Assembly (NCBI GenBank): GCA_043754375.1
Contig: JAYUVA010000164.1
Coordinates: 1,945-65,944 of the forward strand
DNA from: Candidatus Kuenenia sp.
GTDB lineage: Bacteria; Planctomycetota; Planctomycetia; Planctomycetales; Planctomycetaceae
Reading direction: 5' to 3'
DNA length: 64,000 bases
The position numbers and the translations under genes are program-made. Shown here one piece after another: positions 29,073-38,428 of this stretch (positions are counted from its first letter, which is position 1; each line of letters starts with the position of its first letter). Under the pieces are notes generated by a model, which was not told the DNA's origin, did no database searches, and saw only the letters and a program-made list of their open reading frames with translations.

Positions 29073-30889
29073 GCAATCGTCGATGGGCAAACGTGTCATA
29101 TCTGGACGCAATTCGACCTGAGCCAGCATGGCAGACCGAATACGCGATTCTTGCCAGCTATTCTGCCGACTTGGTGGCGCTGGTTGCTGCGCTGCTCGCA
29201 CTCGCGGGGCTCGACGATGACCGTGGCTCGGGCAGCAAAGTCGATTTTGCGAATGCAATTGATCAACTTGCGGGACGGATTCGACTAATTGTTCAGTCCG
29301 GCCGACTGGTAGCACCTCCCAAGACACCTCGCATCCTGACAATTCTCGATCGCTATGTTCGCAACGTTCGTTTGGACGAATCCACAGCCTCGTGGCATCC
29401 CAAGGCCGCCCTTGCGAAGCACGTCCAGCAGTCGGGAGAGGAAGTTGAGTGGCGATTATGGATTGGTAGTCGGAATTTGACGCGGGACTTGGCGTGGGAC
29501 GTTGGGCTTACATTGATTGGTCGAGTCGACGGCACCGGAACTGAGGTTCTCGGTGTAACAGAATTCGCCGAAGTACTTGCTCAACAGGCAGAGCTTCCCG
29601 GTGTAACGCCGCGTCAGATTCGATCAGAGCTCCGGAGTGTACGATGGACGGTGCCGGCTGGTTGTTCAGTCCATTCGTTGAGACTCTTTCAGCCAGAGGG
29701 ACCGCGTGGACTTCCTCAGGAACCTGATCGAGTTAACCGTCTCATCGTGATGAGCCCGTTTCTGGATGGCGCGGTTGTCGGAACTCTCGGAAAATGGGGC
29801 AGTGTCGATACACAGCGTATCCTAGTTTCCTCTCGAACAGAGCTGGCAAAGCTGGCCGCCCAGTCGGGGAAACCGTTGAATGGATTCAACGAGTTGTTGT
29901 ATCTCGATGCCCCGGTCCCCGATGAGCAGACAGCCGGTAACGTTTCTGATCGTGAGAATGCCACTTCACAGGACGAGGAGCCTGACCCCCGCAGTCTGCA
30001 CGCCAAGGTTATCTTCGCCGAGTCGGGAAAACGCCTGCTTGTCTGGACCGGGAGCGCCAATGCAACCCAGCGCGGCTGGTTGGGTCCAAACTATGAAGTG
30101 GTCGCGGAACTGGAGGTAAGCCCCGAGATCGCCGATGGACTCCAGAATTTTGTCAATGAGATCGCAAAGACTGTGCGTTTGGACGAACTCGGAGATCCAG
30201 ACCAGGGCAATGACGTTGAAGATCGTCTGGAAACCGCACGAAAGCATGTCGCGGCTACGTGGGATGTGCGACAGCAGTTGACAGACCAGGTACCAATCCT
30301 TGTTGGAGAGACGGACCCAAATCCTATCGACATGGATATCGAACTCACCGTCGGATTGCTCAGTGGCAATCTTGTGGTTTGGCCACGGGAAGCAACCCAG
30401 ATCAAACTGCCTCGGATTTCCGCAGCAGATACAACGGAACTTGTGTGGTGCCGGCTGAAGTTGGGAGAGTCCGCCATCGGCTGGCTGCAGAGGGCACCTC
30501 TCGATCCGGCTCCTGACGATGATCGCGATCGCGAGGCCCTTGCTCGCTATCTCGATCCCCGAACCTTTCTGCAATGGATCAGATCTCTACTGATTGGAGA
30601 ATCCGATGGTGAGGGCGGCGGGGATTGGGATGGCGAGAAGAACACGCAAAAGCGACGCGGCAAACCCGAAGCTGCCCCGATCTGGTGGGCGCCGACAATC
30701 GAAGAAGTGCTTCGGTCCTGGAGCCGGGATCCGTCCAGCCTCAAACTGATTGATCGAAAGGTTCGTCATTTCCTTAAGTTGTATCAGGAACAACCAAACT
30801 CGGAGCTTTCTGCAGCCGATCGTGCGGTGGTCGCGGAATTTCATCAAACATGGCAAATACTTCGTCGAGAACTCGTGGAGGGGGCATGA
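29069..30889 (+). CDS. Cassette gene B: phospholipase D-family nuclease with two HKD-like motifs
   Basis: HPKAALAK...IGSRNLT begins at 29396. HAKVIFAE...GSANAT begins at 29999. ATGA overlaps occur at both gene junctions. Confidence 0.85.
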   Translation: MSNRRWANVSYLDAIRPEPAWQTEYAILASYSADLVALVAALLALAGLDDDRGSGSKVDFANAIDQLAGRIRLIVQSGRLVAPPKTPRILTILDRYVRNVRLDESTASWHPKAALAKHVQQSGEEVEWRLWIGSRNLTRDLAWDVGLTLIGRVDGTGTEVLGVTEFAEVLAQQAELPGVTPRQIRSELRSVRWTVPAGCSVHSLRLFQPEGPRGLPQEPDRVNRLIVMSPFLDGAVVGTLGKWGSVDTQRILVSSRTELAKLAAQSGKPLNGFNELLYLDAPVPDEQTAGNVSDRENATSQDEEPDPRSLHAKVIFAESGKRLLVWTGSANATQRGWLGPNYEVVAELEVSPEIADGLQNFVNEIAKTVRLDELGDPDQGNDVEDRLETARKHVAATWDVRQQLTDQVPILVGETDPNPIDMDIELTVGLLSGNLVVWPREATQIKLPRISAADTTELVWCRLKLGESAIGWLQRAPLDPAPDDDRDREALARYLDPRTFLQWIRSLLIGESDGEGGGDWDGEKNTQKRRGKPEAAPIWWAPTIEEVLRSWSRDPSSLKLIDRKVRHFLKLYQEQPNSELSAADRAVVAEFHQTWQILRRELVEGA

Positions 30890-33800
30890 CGGAGCTGAAA
30901 CCATTTCAACGGGCAACCGTCCAGGCTGTTCTCGCTGCGTTCGACCGGCGGCGGCGAATTCGGCGATTTCTGGTGGCGGATGAGGTCGGGTTGGGCAAGA
31001 CTGTCGTCGCGCAGCACGTTATCCGCGAAATGATGGCGAAAGCGGATCAGGCCAAACCGTTCGTTGTGTTTTATATGTGCAGCAATCTGACAATCGCGCG
31101 ACAGAATCGACGCAAACTACTGGAAGTACTGCCTAAAGAAGAACGAGATGCTGCCGATTGTCCGGTCGATCGTCTCTCCCTGCTTCGCGCCTCCGATCCA
31201 CCAGAGCATCCGAATCTGCATCTTTACTCGTTGACGCCCGACACCTCGATTCCGATACGGAAACGACACCGGCGTGATGGGCGGAAGGAAGAGCGAGCCC
31301 TGATTCATGCGCTGGTGCAGCGTCTCTGGCCGCGGCTGTTCGACGAATGGGGAAAGAAAGTGTTTCAGGGAAGTGCGACCGTTCATTGGAAACACAGCAT
31401 CAGGCAGCAGGAATATAAGGCGGAAGACGCCGCACTTCGGTCGGCTTTTCTGAAATCAGTGCGGCAAGAGTTTGAACTCTCGGAAGGACAACACCTACTG
31501 GCCGAACTGCGTTCAAGATTTGGAGTCGGTGAGCTCGACCAACTCGACCTGATCGTTCACCTTCGGAATGCACTCGCGGCAAGTGCCGTCGAAAAAGTCA
31601 GCCCGGACCTGGTGATTTTCGATGAATTTCAGAAGTTCGACGACCTTCTGAAAAAGCAGGAGGACAAAGCCGCAGAACGCGTGATTGGCCGTCTGTTGGG
31701 GCACGGCATGCAGAATCCGCCCGCGCTTCTCTTGCTGTCTGCAACCCCCTATCGCCTTTTCACACGCCGCTGGGAAGAGGAGGCAGGCGCATCCCACCGG
31801 TCCGAATTCTTTGAATTAATCGAGGTGCTTTTCGGAGGTGACGGAAAGGGCAGCGATCTTACGGCTGAGAAGAAGCGAAAAGAGTGTGAAAATGCTTTCG
31901 TGCAACTCGAGACCGAACTTCGAAAAGGATTGCCAGGGTCAAATGAGGCGCAACAGGCCCGCTGTGCCATTGAGATTTTGCTCTGTCCGATCATCGCGCG
32001 GACAGAACGAGCATCCCATAATGATGGCTGGGATGAGTTTCGCACAGAGTCGTTGCAGGCGCCGATTGCGTCAGAAGACTTGTCGATCTTTAAGCATCTG
32101 AACCAGTGTTTCGACGACGCTCATCGACACAGTGCGGTGCCCTACTGGACTTCAATTCCCCTGCCGATGCAGACAATGGGAAATCACTATGTCGCATGGA
32201 AGTCATCAAAGCAGGCTGACGGCAATGGTGTTCCACATCTGAACGCGGAGATGCGAGAAACCTACAAGTCACTACCGTGTTGGCCGCATCCGCGACTTCG
32301 TGCACTCGCTCAACTGGCGCCTGCAGATCAATTGACCGTACCGTGGCTGCCTCCGACAGCGCCTTGGTGGTCTCCGCGAGGCGTTTGGAAGAGTCGGCAG
32401 CAATCACTTCACAAGCTCTTGGTGTTCAGCCGATTCCGCGCCGTTCCCCAGGCGATTGCAGCTGCACTCAGTTACGATCTTGAAGCCCATGCATTATCGA
32501 ACGACGGACTCCCTTACTCAGACGTCTCTCGACGTCGTTTGCTTTCGGCAACGGACAAGAGACATCCGCTGTTGGGATTGTTTCACCCGTCACCGTTTCT
32601 TGTCCAGGCGACCGATCCTCTGGCTGCAAACACTGATGATCTGGGTACTATTCGCCGGAATGTGCGTCGGCAGCTAAAAGATGCAATTCGCCAGCTTGGA
32701 ATCTCGATCCGGGACGAAGGTCCATCATTGCCGACATGGAGGCTGATAGCGCGACTCGAACGGCGCGCCGGCAATTGGGGCTGGATCAGCGAAGCATGGT
32801 GGTGGGTGCATAGCGAAATCGCCACGGGGCAATCCGAAGACTCCGGTCTGGGAAACCTGCTGAAGGACTGGAACGACGAGGCGAGCCAACCTATTGAAGT
32901 CATCAAACCCGCTGCCTTTGAAACTTTGGTTGACTATGCACTTGGTTCACCTGCGGTGGTTATCGGTCGCGCACTCTTGCGTCATTGGCCGCAGGCAGTT
33001 AGCGATACTCGAGACAAGAAAGGGAAACTTGTATTTCGCCACACGTTGGCCGCTTCCTGGATGGGTTTGCGAAATTACCTCGATCAACGCTGGTTTTACC
33101 GCGTGCTGTGCAGCACCAATGAGTCGTACCCGGACGCGATTCTCCGCGCGGTGGTTGATGGCAATCTGGAATCTGTATTGGATGAACATCTCTGGATCAC
33201 ATCCAAGTTACGCAACCTTCAGGATGAGGAACTGGCCATCGAGCTCCGGGATGGCCTGACGATCAAGAGCGGAACATTCTTTTTGCACCCGATCGATGAA
33301 AAGAGAGACGCAACGTTTTCATTACGTTGCCACGTGGCACTCCCATTCATTCAAACCCAGGTCCGGAATATTGAGGAAGGTGAAAAGCCTTTCCGGACGG
33401 ATGAGATGCGCCGGGCGTTCAATACGCCGTTCTGGCCCTACGTTCTCGCCACCACTTCGGTGGGGCAGGAAGGCCTCGATTTCCATGCGTGGTGTGACAC
33501 GCTCGTCCATTGGGATCTTTGCCGAAATCCCGTCGATTTGGAGCAGCGGGAAGGACGTATTCAGCGATTCGGCGGCCTATCGATCCGTCGGGCAATTGCC
33601 GCCCAATTGGCTAAACAGGCGATGGACACCAGGAACAGTACGGAGAGTCCATGGGCACGAATTGAAAAACTGGCAGACCAAAATATGAGCGATGACTCGG
33701 GGCTCGCCCCATGGTGGGTCTGCAAGGATGGCAATGTGAGTCGATATGTCTTCGACGTGCCAACGAGCGAGCAGAAACACTGGTTGCATTGGATGAGGGA

Positions 33801-33939
33801 ACAGCGATTGCTCTATCGCCTGGCTCTTGGGCAACCGAATCAGGAAGATTTGATTGAGATTCTGTCGAGCAAGGCCGGTATGGAACCCGACCAGATGCGC
33901 CAAGCAGTCGTCAATTTGTCACCGTGGTTTCGAAAGTAG
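30886..33939 (+). CDS. Cassette gene C: SNF2-like superfamily-2 helicase
   Basis: Motif I ADEVGLGKT (GLGKT at 30988-31002), motif II VIFDEFQKF, motif III LLLSATPY, C-terminal TSVGQEGLDFH and QREGRIQRFGG. An alternative ATG lies at 30850. Confidence 0.9.
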   Translation: MTELKPFQRATVQAVLAAFDRRRRIRRFLVADEVGLGKTVVAQHVIREMMAKADQAKPFVVFYMCSNLTIARQNRRKLLEVLPKEERDAADCPVDRLSLLRASDPPEHPNLHLYSLTPDTSIPIRKRHRRDGRKEERALIHALVQRLWPRLFDEWGKKVFQGSATVHWKHSIRQQEYKAEDAALRSAFLKSVRQEFELSEGQHLLAELRSRFGVGELDQLDLIVHLRNALAASAVEKVSPDLVIFDEFQKFDDLLKKQEDKAAERVIGRLLGHGMQNPPALLLLSATPYRLFTRRWEEEAGASHRSEFFELIEVLFGGDGKGSDLTAEKKRKECENAFVQLETELRKGLPGSNEAQQARCAIEILLCPIIARTERASHNDGWDEFRTESLQAPIASEDLSIFKHLNQCFDDAHRHSAVPYWTSIPLPMQTMGNHYVAWKSSKQADGNGVPHLNAEMRETYKSLPCWPHPRLRALAQLAPADQLTVPWLPPTAPWWSPRGVWKSRQQSLHKLLVFSRFRAVPQAIAAALSYDLEAHALSNDGLPYSDVSRRRLLSATDKRHPLLGLFHPSPFLVQATDPLAANTDDLGTIRRNVRRQLKDAIRQLGISIRDEGPSLPTWRLIARLERRAGNWGWISEAWWWVHSEIATGQSEDSGLGNLLKDWNDEASQPIEVIKPAAFETLVDYALGSPAVVIGRALLRHWPQAVSDTRDKKGKLVFRHTLAASWMGLRNYLDQRWFYRVLCSTNESYPDAILRAVVDGNLESVLDEHLWITSKLRNLQDEELAIELRDGLTIKSGTFFLHPIDEKRDATFSLRCHVALPFIQTQVRNIEEGEKPFRTDEMRRAFNTPFWPYVLATTSVGQEGLDFHAWCDTLVHWDLCRNPVDLEQREGRIQRFGGLSIRRAIAAQLAKQAMDTRNSTESPWARIEKLADQNMSDDSGLAPWWVCKDGNVSRYVFDVPTSEQKHWLHWMREQRLLYRLALGQPNQEDLIEILSSKAGMEPDQMRQAVVNLSPWFRK

Positions 33940-34012
33940 GAGAGAAACAAAACGCTCCTGCTTCGAAATTCGCGAATGAAGTTCGCAGTGTTGATTCTGC
34001 TGTTTTTTCATG

Positions 34013-34474
34013 TCAAACTTGAAAGGGCTCAAACTCGATTACCGTTGGCATTGTTGGGTCAATTCCGACATTGGCAATAAAGCTGAGAGTCAGCTGACCA
34101 TTTATGCCGACTTCCAGTAAAGCGTGTTTCGAAACAGCTTCGCTATCCTCGCCTCGGCTCAATGAACCCTTGAAACTCCGGGAGGTCTTCCGGTCTGACA
34201 GCAACATCCGATAACAACCTCCCGGAAGCCCAGAAATCTCAAAGTACGCATACTTTTCGTGGATGTAAAATCTGCCCGTCACGCCCGCTATTTTGACAGC
34301 ACGGAAATGGAGTCGTATCCAGTGCTCGTCAACAATTGCATGGACATTCAGACCTAGAAGAGGAATCCTGACCCATCCGAGGATGGTGACAGTGGCGATG
34401 ACTCCCTTGCATATGTCAAACATTCTGTAAACGGAAACAACAACGACTGCTGCGAGTGAAATGAAGTTCTGCAT
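34013..34474 (-). CDS. Hypothetical protein (153 aa), hydrophobic N-terminus
   Basis: ATG with GGAGA 7 nt upstream. The N-terminus FISLAAVVVVSV is hydrophobic. Confidence 0.45.
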   Translation of the reverse strand: MQNFISLAAVVVVSVYRMFDICKGVIATVTILGWVRIPLLGLNVHAIVDEHWIRLHFRAVKIAGVTGRFYIHEKYAYFEISGLPGGCYRMLLSDRKTSRSFKGSLSRGEDSEAVSKHALLEVGINGQLTLSFIANVGIDPTMPTVIEFEPFQV

Positions 34475-34611
34475 TTGCTAGTCTCCAGAATCTGAAAGAA
34501 TGAAACATGTGACGACGAACCGCGTTGCCGCGGCCACACATAAATCTGACAGGTTTACTTGTGTGATCCAGATCCGAAGATGCTGCAATTTTGACAGGAT
34601 CGGTTGACAAA

Positions 34612-35922
34612 ATGGCTTTCAAGCAGGAGATCATGGATCGCATTGCGAAGTTATTGACAGAACAATGTTCGAAAGTACCGCTGTACACGAAGACTGACAG
34701 AAAAGGTCAGGTGAATGTTCGGAAGGCCTGTGACAAACGTCTGTTTGGTCTGCCTTCGTTTGGCACAATCACCGCGATTTGTGAGGGCCGTTCCGCGCGA
34801 GACGGATCGCTGACGCAGTTCGCAAAAATCGTAAAAGTCAGCGAGCAGTACATTTTGGAAGGGGTTGAGGAGGAAAGCCCTTTGTCCAAGTTGAACCAGG
34901 CAATGCAAATACTTCGCACAATAATTCGCGCTAAGAAAGATCCCCCTGATTCAGTGAGAACATCTTCGAAACGATCTTCAAGCCAGATTCAAGTGTCAGA
35001 ACTGACGTTGGCGATGATTGTCGAATCGTTACAGCTGGCAGTCAAAGAGGATGTTCTTGTTTTTTACGAGACGCGTTCGCACGAACTTGAAGCTAAGCTA
35101 TCAAGCTGTTTTGCGGGTGTTGAGTTCGTGGTCACGACGAACGATGAGCCACGATCTGCGTGTCAGCTTGCCGCCATGGGGTTGTTTGAATGGCTAAAGC
35201 GCGCGCATGAGAGTTCAGCCGCAGATGGTGAAATTGGGATAGCCGTGGGCAGTGGTGGAACTGTTCTGCGGTCGTTTCAAATGTTCGCCAGAGAACTGCC
35301 GACTTTGGCTTTGAACAGCCGTGAAAACCTCAGTCGCCTTCATTTCTACCCAATCTCCGCATCAGTCGATACGAGCCACAATTTCGATGACATTCCAAGC
35401 GTATTCATTCAGCAATGTCTTCAGGATAACGGTCTAAAATTCCTGATGGGAAACGTCGCCTCGACGCCACATTTGGGTTACAGAAACAAGGGTTCAAAAT
35501 GGTTGCGTGAACACATTCATTGCGCGATTACATCTGTAGCGCGCTGGAATGATCCTCATAGCATGCTTAAAACTCACATGGGGAAGCTTCCCACGGACAA
35601 GCAACTCTGCAACGTGGTCGGAGAAGTGCAATTCCGCCCGTTTACGACCACACGATTTTCCGAAAAGACGGAGCAGCGGCTGCCGGATGTTCTTATGGAA
35701 TTACCGGAGATGGTCAAATTGCAAACACAGTGTCCATTTTTTATGGTGGCTCCAATGTGTCCGCGATGCTACGACGAAGGTCGCAACGCGACAAAAACAG
35801 AAGCCCTGATGCCATTGTTGAGGAATCCCGGCATGCGGATGTTTAACCGTTTGTTCGTGGACAATAGTACCGCCCGAGAAATCATCCGCGAGGCACACGC
35901 CGCTGCGCGGAAACTGCGATAG
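34612..35922 (+). CDS. Putative regulator: XRE-like HTH N-terminus + SorC/DeoR-type effector-like domain (tentative)
   Basis: SFGTITAICEGRSARDGSLTQFAKIVKVSEQYILEG fits an XRE HTH pattern. IGIAVGSGGTV and CAITSVARW loosely resemble SorC sugar-binding domain blocks. The track ORF begins at TTG 34591. Confidence 0.55.
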   Translation: MAFKQEIMDRIAKLLTEQCSKVPLYTKTDRKGQVNVRKACDKRLFGLPSFGTITAICEGRSARDGSLTQFAKIVKVSEQYILEGVEEESPLSKLNQAMQILRTIIRAKKDPPDSVRTSSKRSSSQIQVSELTLAMIVESLQLAVKEDVLVFYETRSHELEAKLSSCFAGVEFVVTTNDEPRSACQLAAMGLFEWLKRAHESSAADGEIGIAVGSGGTVLRSFQMFARELPTLALNSRENLSRLHFYPISASVDTSHNFDDIPSVFIQQCLQDNGLKFLMGNVASTPHLGYRNKGSKWLREHIHCAITSVARWNDPHSMLKTHMGKLPTDKQLCNVVGEVQFRPFTTTRFSEKTEQRLPDVLMELPEMVKLQTQCPFFMVAPMCPRCYDEGRNATKTEALMPLLRNPGMRMFNRLFVDNSTAREIIREAHAAARKLR

Positions 35923-36148
35923 GCCGGCCGCTCTGGATTTTTCGATGCTTTCGCGGGAAACGCCTTGGCTGCTCGGGTGCGCGAAACATCATATGCCACA
36001 GGACTGACGATACGCCGGTCATCTCCGTGATTCACGGTGTAAGTACAGTCTCGCTAGAATTCCAACCCTGCTCCATGTCGCCAAACGTCCGTCTTTGGTA
36101 AGGTTTGGCAAGCACAGTCGCCTTTGCGTCAGGAAAGGGTTCGCGATC

Positions 36149-36355
36149 GTGAAGCTTGACCAATATTTGCAGATCAACGAAGCCGCTGAATTCCTGGGCG
36201 TGTGTCAGAACACGTTGAGAAACTGGGGACGAACGGGAAAGATTCAGGAATATCGTCATCCAGTGAATAATTACCGGTTGTACAGGCAAGATGATCTTGA
36301 AGCCCTCCTCGATTCGGCTCAAGAGTCGCTCGAGAAATCGCGGAAACCTCGATGA
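36149..36355 (+). CDS. MerR/excisionase-type HTH DNA-binding protein
   Basis: LQINEAAEFLGVCQNTLRNWGRTGKIQEYRHPVNNYRLYRQDDLEALL is a typical MerR-like/HTH_17 pattern. The GTG has AGGAAAGGG upstream. An alternative TTG lies at 36095. Confidence 0.7.
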   Translation: MKLDQYLQINEAAEFLGVCQNTLRNWGRTGKIQEYRHPVNNYRLYRQDDLEALLDSAQESLEKSRKPR

Positions 36356-36389
36356 ACTCGATGAATTGGATTGAACGCAAGGAATTGCA

Positions 36390-36977
36390 GTGACAGAAAC
36401 CGAAACTCCAACGTTGATTCCCCTGTCGATCATCGACGGGTTGCTTACTGCGCAGCTTGCCATCGCCTGGGCGGGCGAAGGTGGAGAAGAGCCACGTCTT
36501 GGATGGTGGAAGACGGACCTCAAAAGTGAGTTCGGTGGCGAGGATTTCTTTCGACGTCTGTTGCCACACACCTGGGAATGGGCTGTTTTGCAGGCAATGC
36601 GGGAAGCTGCGAGAAGACGGGATGCCCAACTTCGCGAACAGGATCACGACGCAGACCGGATCATCTCACTGTATTGCCTCGGATTCGAGATTGACGAACG
36701 TGCTGATGAGCGATTAATGGAATTCAAACGCGCCGGAACTTCGCCGATGGAGGCATTGCCGGGCCTTAAAGATGTGATTTCTGACGAATGGAATGCCCAC
36801 CACTTCGCGGAATGGCTTCAGGGTCACGGATCCGTTGACTCTACCAAAGTACCCGCGGGACGTCGCCTGAAAGGGCAGCAGCCAGCGTCACTGGAGTTGA
36901 CGATCTCACATCTCGTGGCGGGCATGCATCCGTTGTCGGACAGTTATCCTCTGCCGCATTATCGGAGGCCGAATTGA
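36390..36977 (+). CDS. brxE: BrxE-like protein (first gene of type-6 BREX), assigned by position
   Basis: 195-aa ORF with a GTG start, directly upstream of and overlapping brxA. Assigned by position, from my memory of the type-6 BREX gene order, not from a motif. Confidence 0.5.
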   Translation: MTETETPTLIPLSIIDGLLTAQLAIAWAGEGGEEPRLGWWKTDLKSEFGGEDFFRRLLPHTWEWAVLQAMREAARRRDAQLREQDHDADRIISLYCLGFEIDERADERLMEFKRAGTSPMEALPGLKDVISDEWNAHHFAEWLQGHGSVDSTKVPAGRRLKGQQPASLELTISHLVAGMHPLSDSYPLPHYRRPN

Positions 36978-37759
36978 TGGACCGTCCTTCGGAAGCTGTC
37001 GAGTATCACACTCGTCTCCTGCAGTGCTCGATCGAAGTCGAGCATTCCCGCGAGTACTGGCAACACGTTGAACATTCTGCCACCGTCGAAACGGCTCAGA
37101 CCGCGTTTACTGAGTACTGGTTTGGCGCTCGGAGTATGCCGCGAGTGGATCGGCTGTTGACGAATTTTCGTGAGCGATTTGACCAATTCCCACCGTCACT
37201 CTTTGTATTGCATCGCTGGAAAGCGATGGACGCGGTAACGCGACGACTCATCTGTCATTGGCATTTGCAACTGGCAGACCGCCTCTATCGCGAGTTTACG
37301 GGAGTGTATTTGGTCGAACGGGCAGGGAGCGGTCGCACGGACGTAACGCGAGACCTGGTAGTGCGGTGGATTGAACAACTGGTGCCGGAACGGTGGACAC
37401 TCTCCACTCGAATTCAATTCGCGAGAAAGCTGCTCTTCTCGGCAGTCGAATCAGGACTGCTGAAAGGAAGCCGCGATCCGCGTCAGTTCCAAACACCGCG
37501 CGTGAGCGACGACGCGCTGACCTATATCCTTTACCTTTTACGAACCGTTCAGTTTCAGGGAACGCTGACGTCCAACCCGTATTTGCGATCAGTGGGGTTG
37601 AGCGTTGACGATCTCGAACGCCGTCTTCGTGCATTGCCAGCATGTCGGCTTCGCCGTCAGGGAGAACTCTCTGAGTTTACCTGGAATTACGACGGACTCA
37701 TCGAATGGGCCGAAGACAGGATCCTCTGCAACGATCGCATATTAAGGGAGACTGCATGA
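36977..37759 (+). CDS. brxA: BrxA-like protein (DUF1819-type)
   Basis: A GGAGG Shine-Dalgarno is present and the ATG overlaps the brxE stop. It sits immediately upstream of brxB/brxC. Size is somewhat larger than typical. Confidence 0.6.
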   Translation: MDRPSEAVEYHTRLLQCSIEVEHSREYWQHVEHSATVETAQTAFTEYWFGARSMPRVDRLLTNFRERFDQFPPSLFVLHRWKAMDAVTRRLICHWHLQLADRLYREFTGVYLVERAGSGRTDVTRDLVVRWIEQLVPERWTLSTRIQFARKLLFSAVESGLLKGSRDPRQFQTPRVSDDALTYILYLLRTVQFQGTLTSNPYLRSVGLSVDDLERRLRALPACRLRRQGELSEFTWNYDGLIEWAEDRILCNDRILRETA

Positions 37760-38391
37760 CAGCCGATCTGTTTCATCAGTCACCGCTGCAGCAGGCCATC
37801 CATGCACTTCGATCAGACCTGATTCAGGATGACGGGCCTCGCATCAGCACGATGCGCAACTACCGATTTGCGATCGTCCAGTATGAGCCAAAGGATGAAT
37901 TTCGGCTGCGTCGGGAAATCCGAAAGCTGCACTCCGATCTGATCTCCAACGGATGGATGGTGCTTTCCATCAGCTTGCAGAAGTTGTTGCTCGATCGTGT
38001 TCGGGCACAGGGCGAGGAGTTCGTTCAACATTTGATCGAACGCGAAAAGCGGACGGCAAAGAGATCCATTGCGAGAGGACTTCAGGATCTGCAGAGCAGG
38101 CTGGCTCCATTGATCGAAGGTCCCGAAGGCATTGCGGCAGATTGCAGTCGGATTATCTGCGAGTACGCCGATCAAAATCCGGACAAACTTGACCGAACGC
38201 TGGCCGTCATTGGTCGCGCCGGAGCCCTGTATCCATTTTTTCGTTCTTCTGCATTGCTTCGACATCTTGACGGACGAACAAGGAATGTTCCCGTCGTCTT
38301 ACTGTACCCAGGTGAGCGTCGAGGCGAGAAGGGTCTGTCGTTTATGGGTGTTGTGGAACCTGACAGTGATTACCGGCCTCGAATCTATTGA
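37756..38391 (+). CDS. brxB: BrxB-like protein (DUF1788-type)
   Basis: ATGA overlap with brxA. YRFAIVQYEPKDEFRLRREI resembles the conserved N-terminal block of DUF1788 proteins. Confidence 0.7.
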   Translation: MTADLFHQSPLQQAIHALRSDLIQDDGPRISTMRNYRFAIVQYEPKDEFRLRREIRKLHSDLISNGWMVLSISLQKLLLDRVRAQGEEFVQHLIEREKRTAKRSIARGLQDLQSRLAPLIEGPEGIAADCSRIICEYADQNPDKLDRTLAVIGRAGALYPFFRSSALLRHLDGRTRNVPVVLLYPGERRGEKGLSFMGVVEPDSDYRPRIY

Positions 38392-38428
38392 CTGACCTTG
38401 CTGTTAATTTGGTTGTGAAAGCGCTCAG

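Noticed and set aside
30850-30885. Upstream ATG at 30850 as the helicase start
   Set aside because: The ATG at 30886 gives the same ATGA stop/start overlap seen at the previous junction, and the helicase motifs begin shortly after it. The 30850 start cannot be excluded.
27840-33939. Interpretation of the PLD + SNF2 helicase genes as a DISARM system
   Set aside because: No DrmA/DrmB (DUF1998) pair and no dedicated methyltransferase lies in the cassette. The three genes form their own tightly coupled unit.
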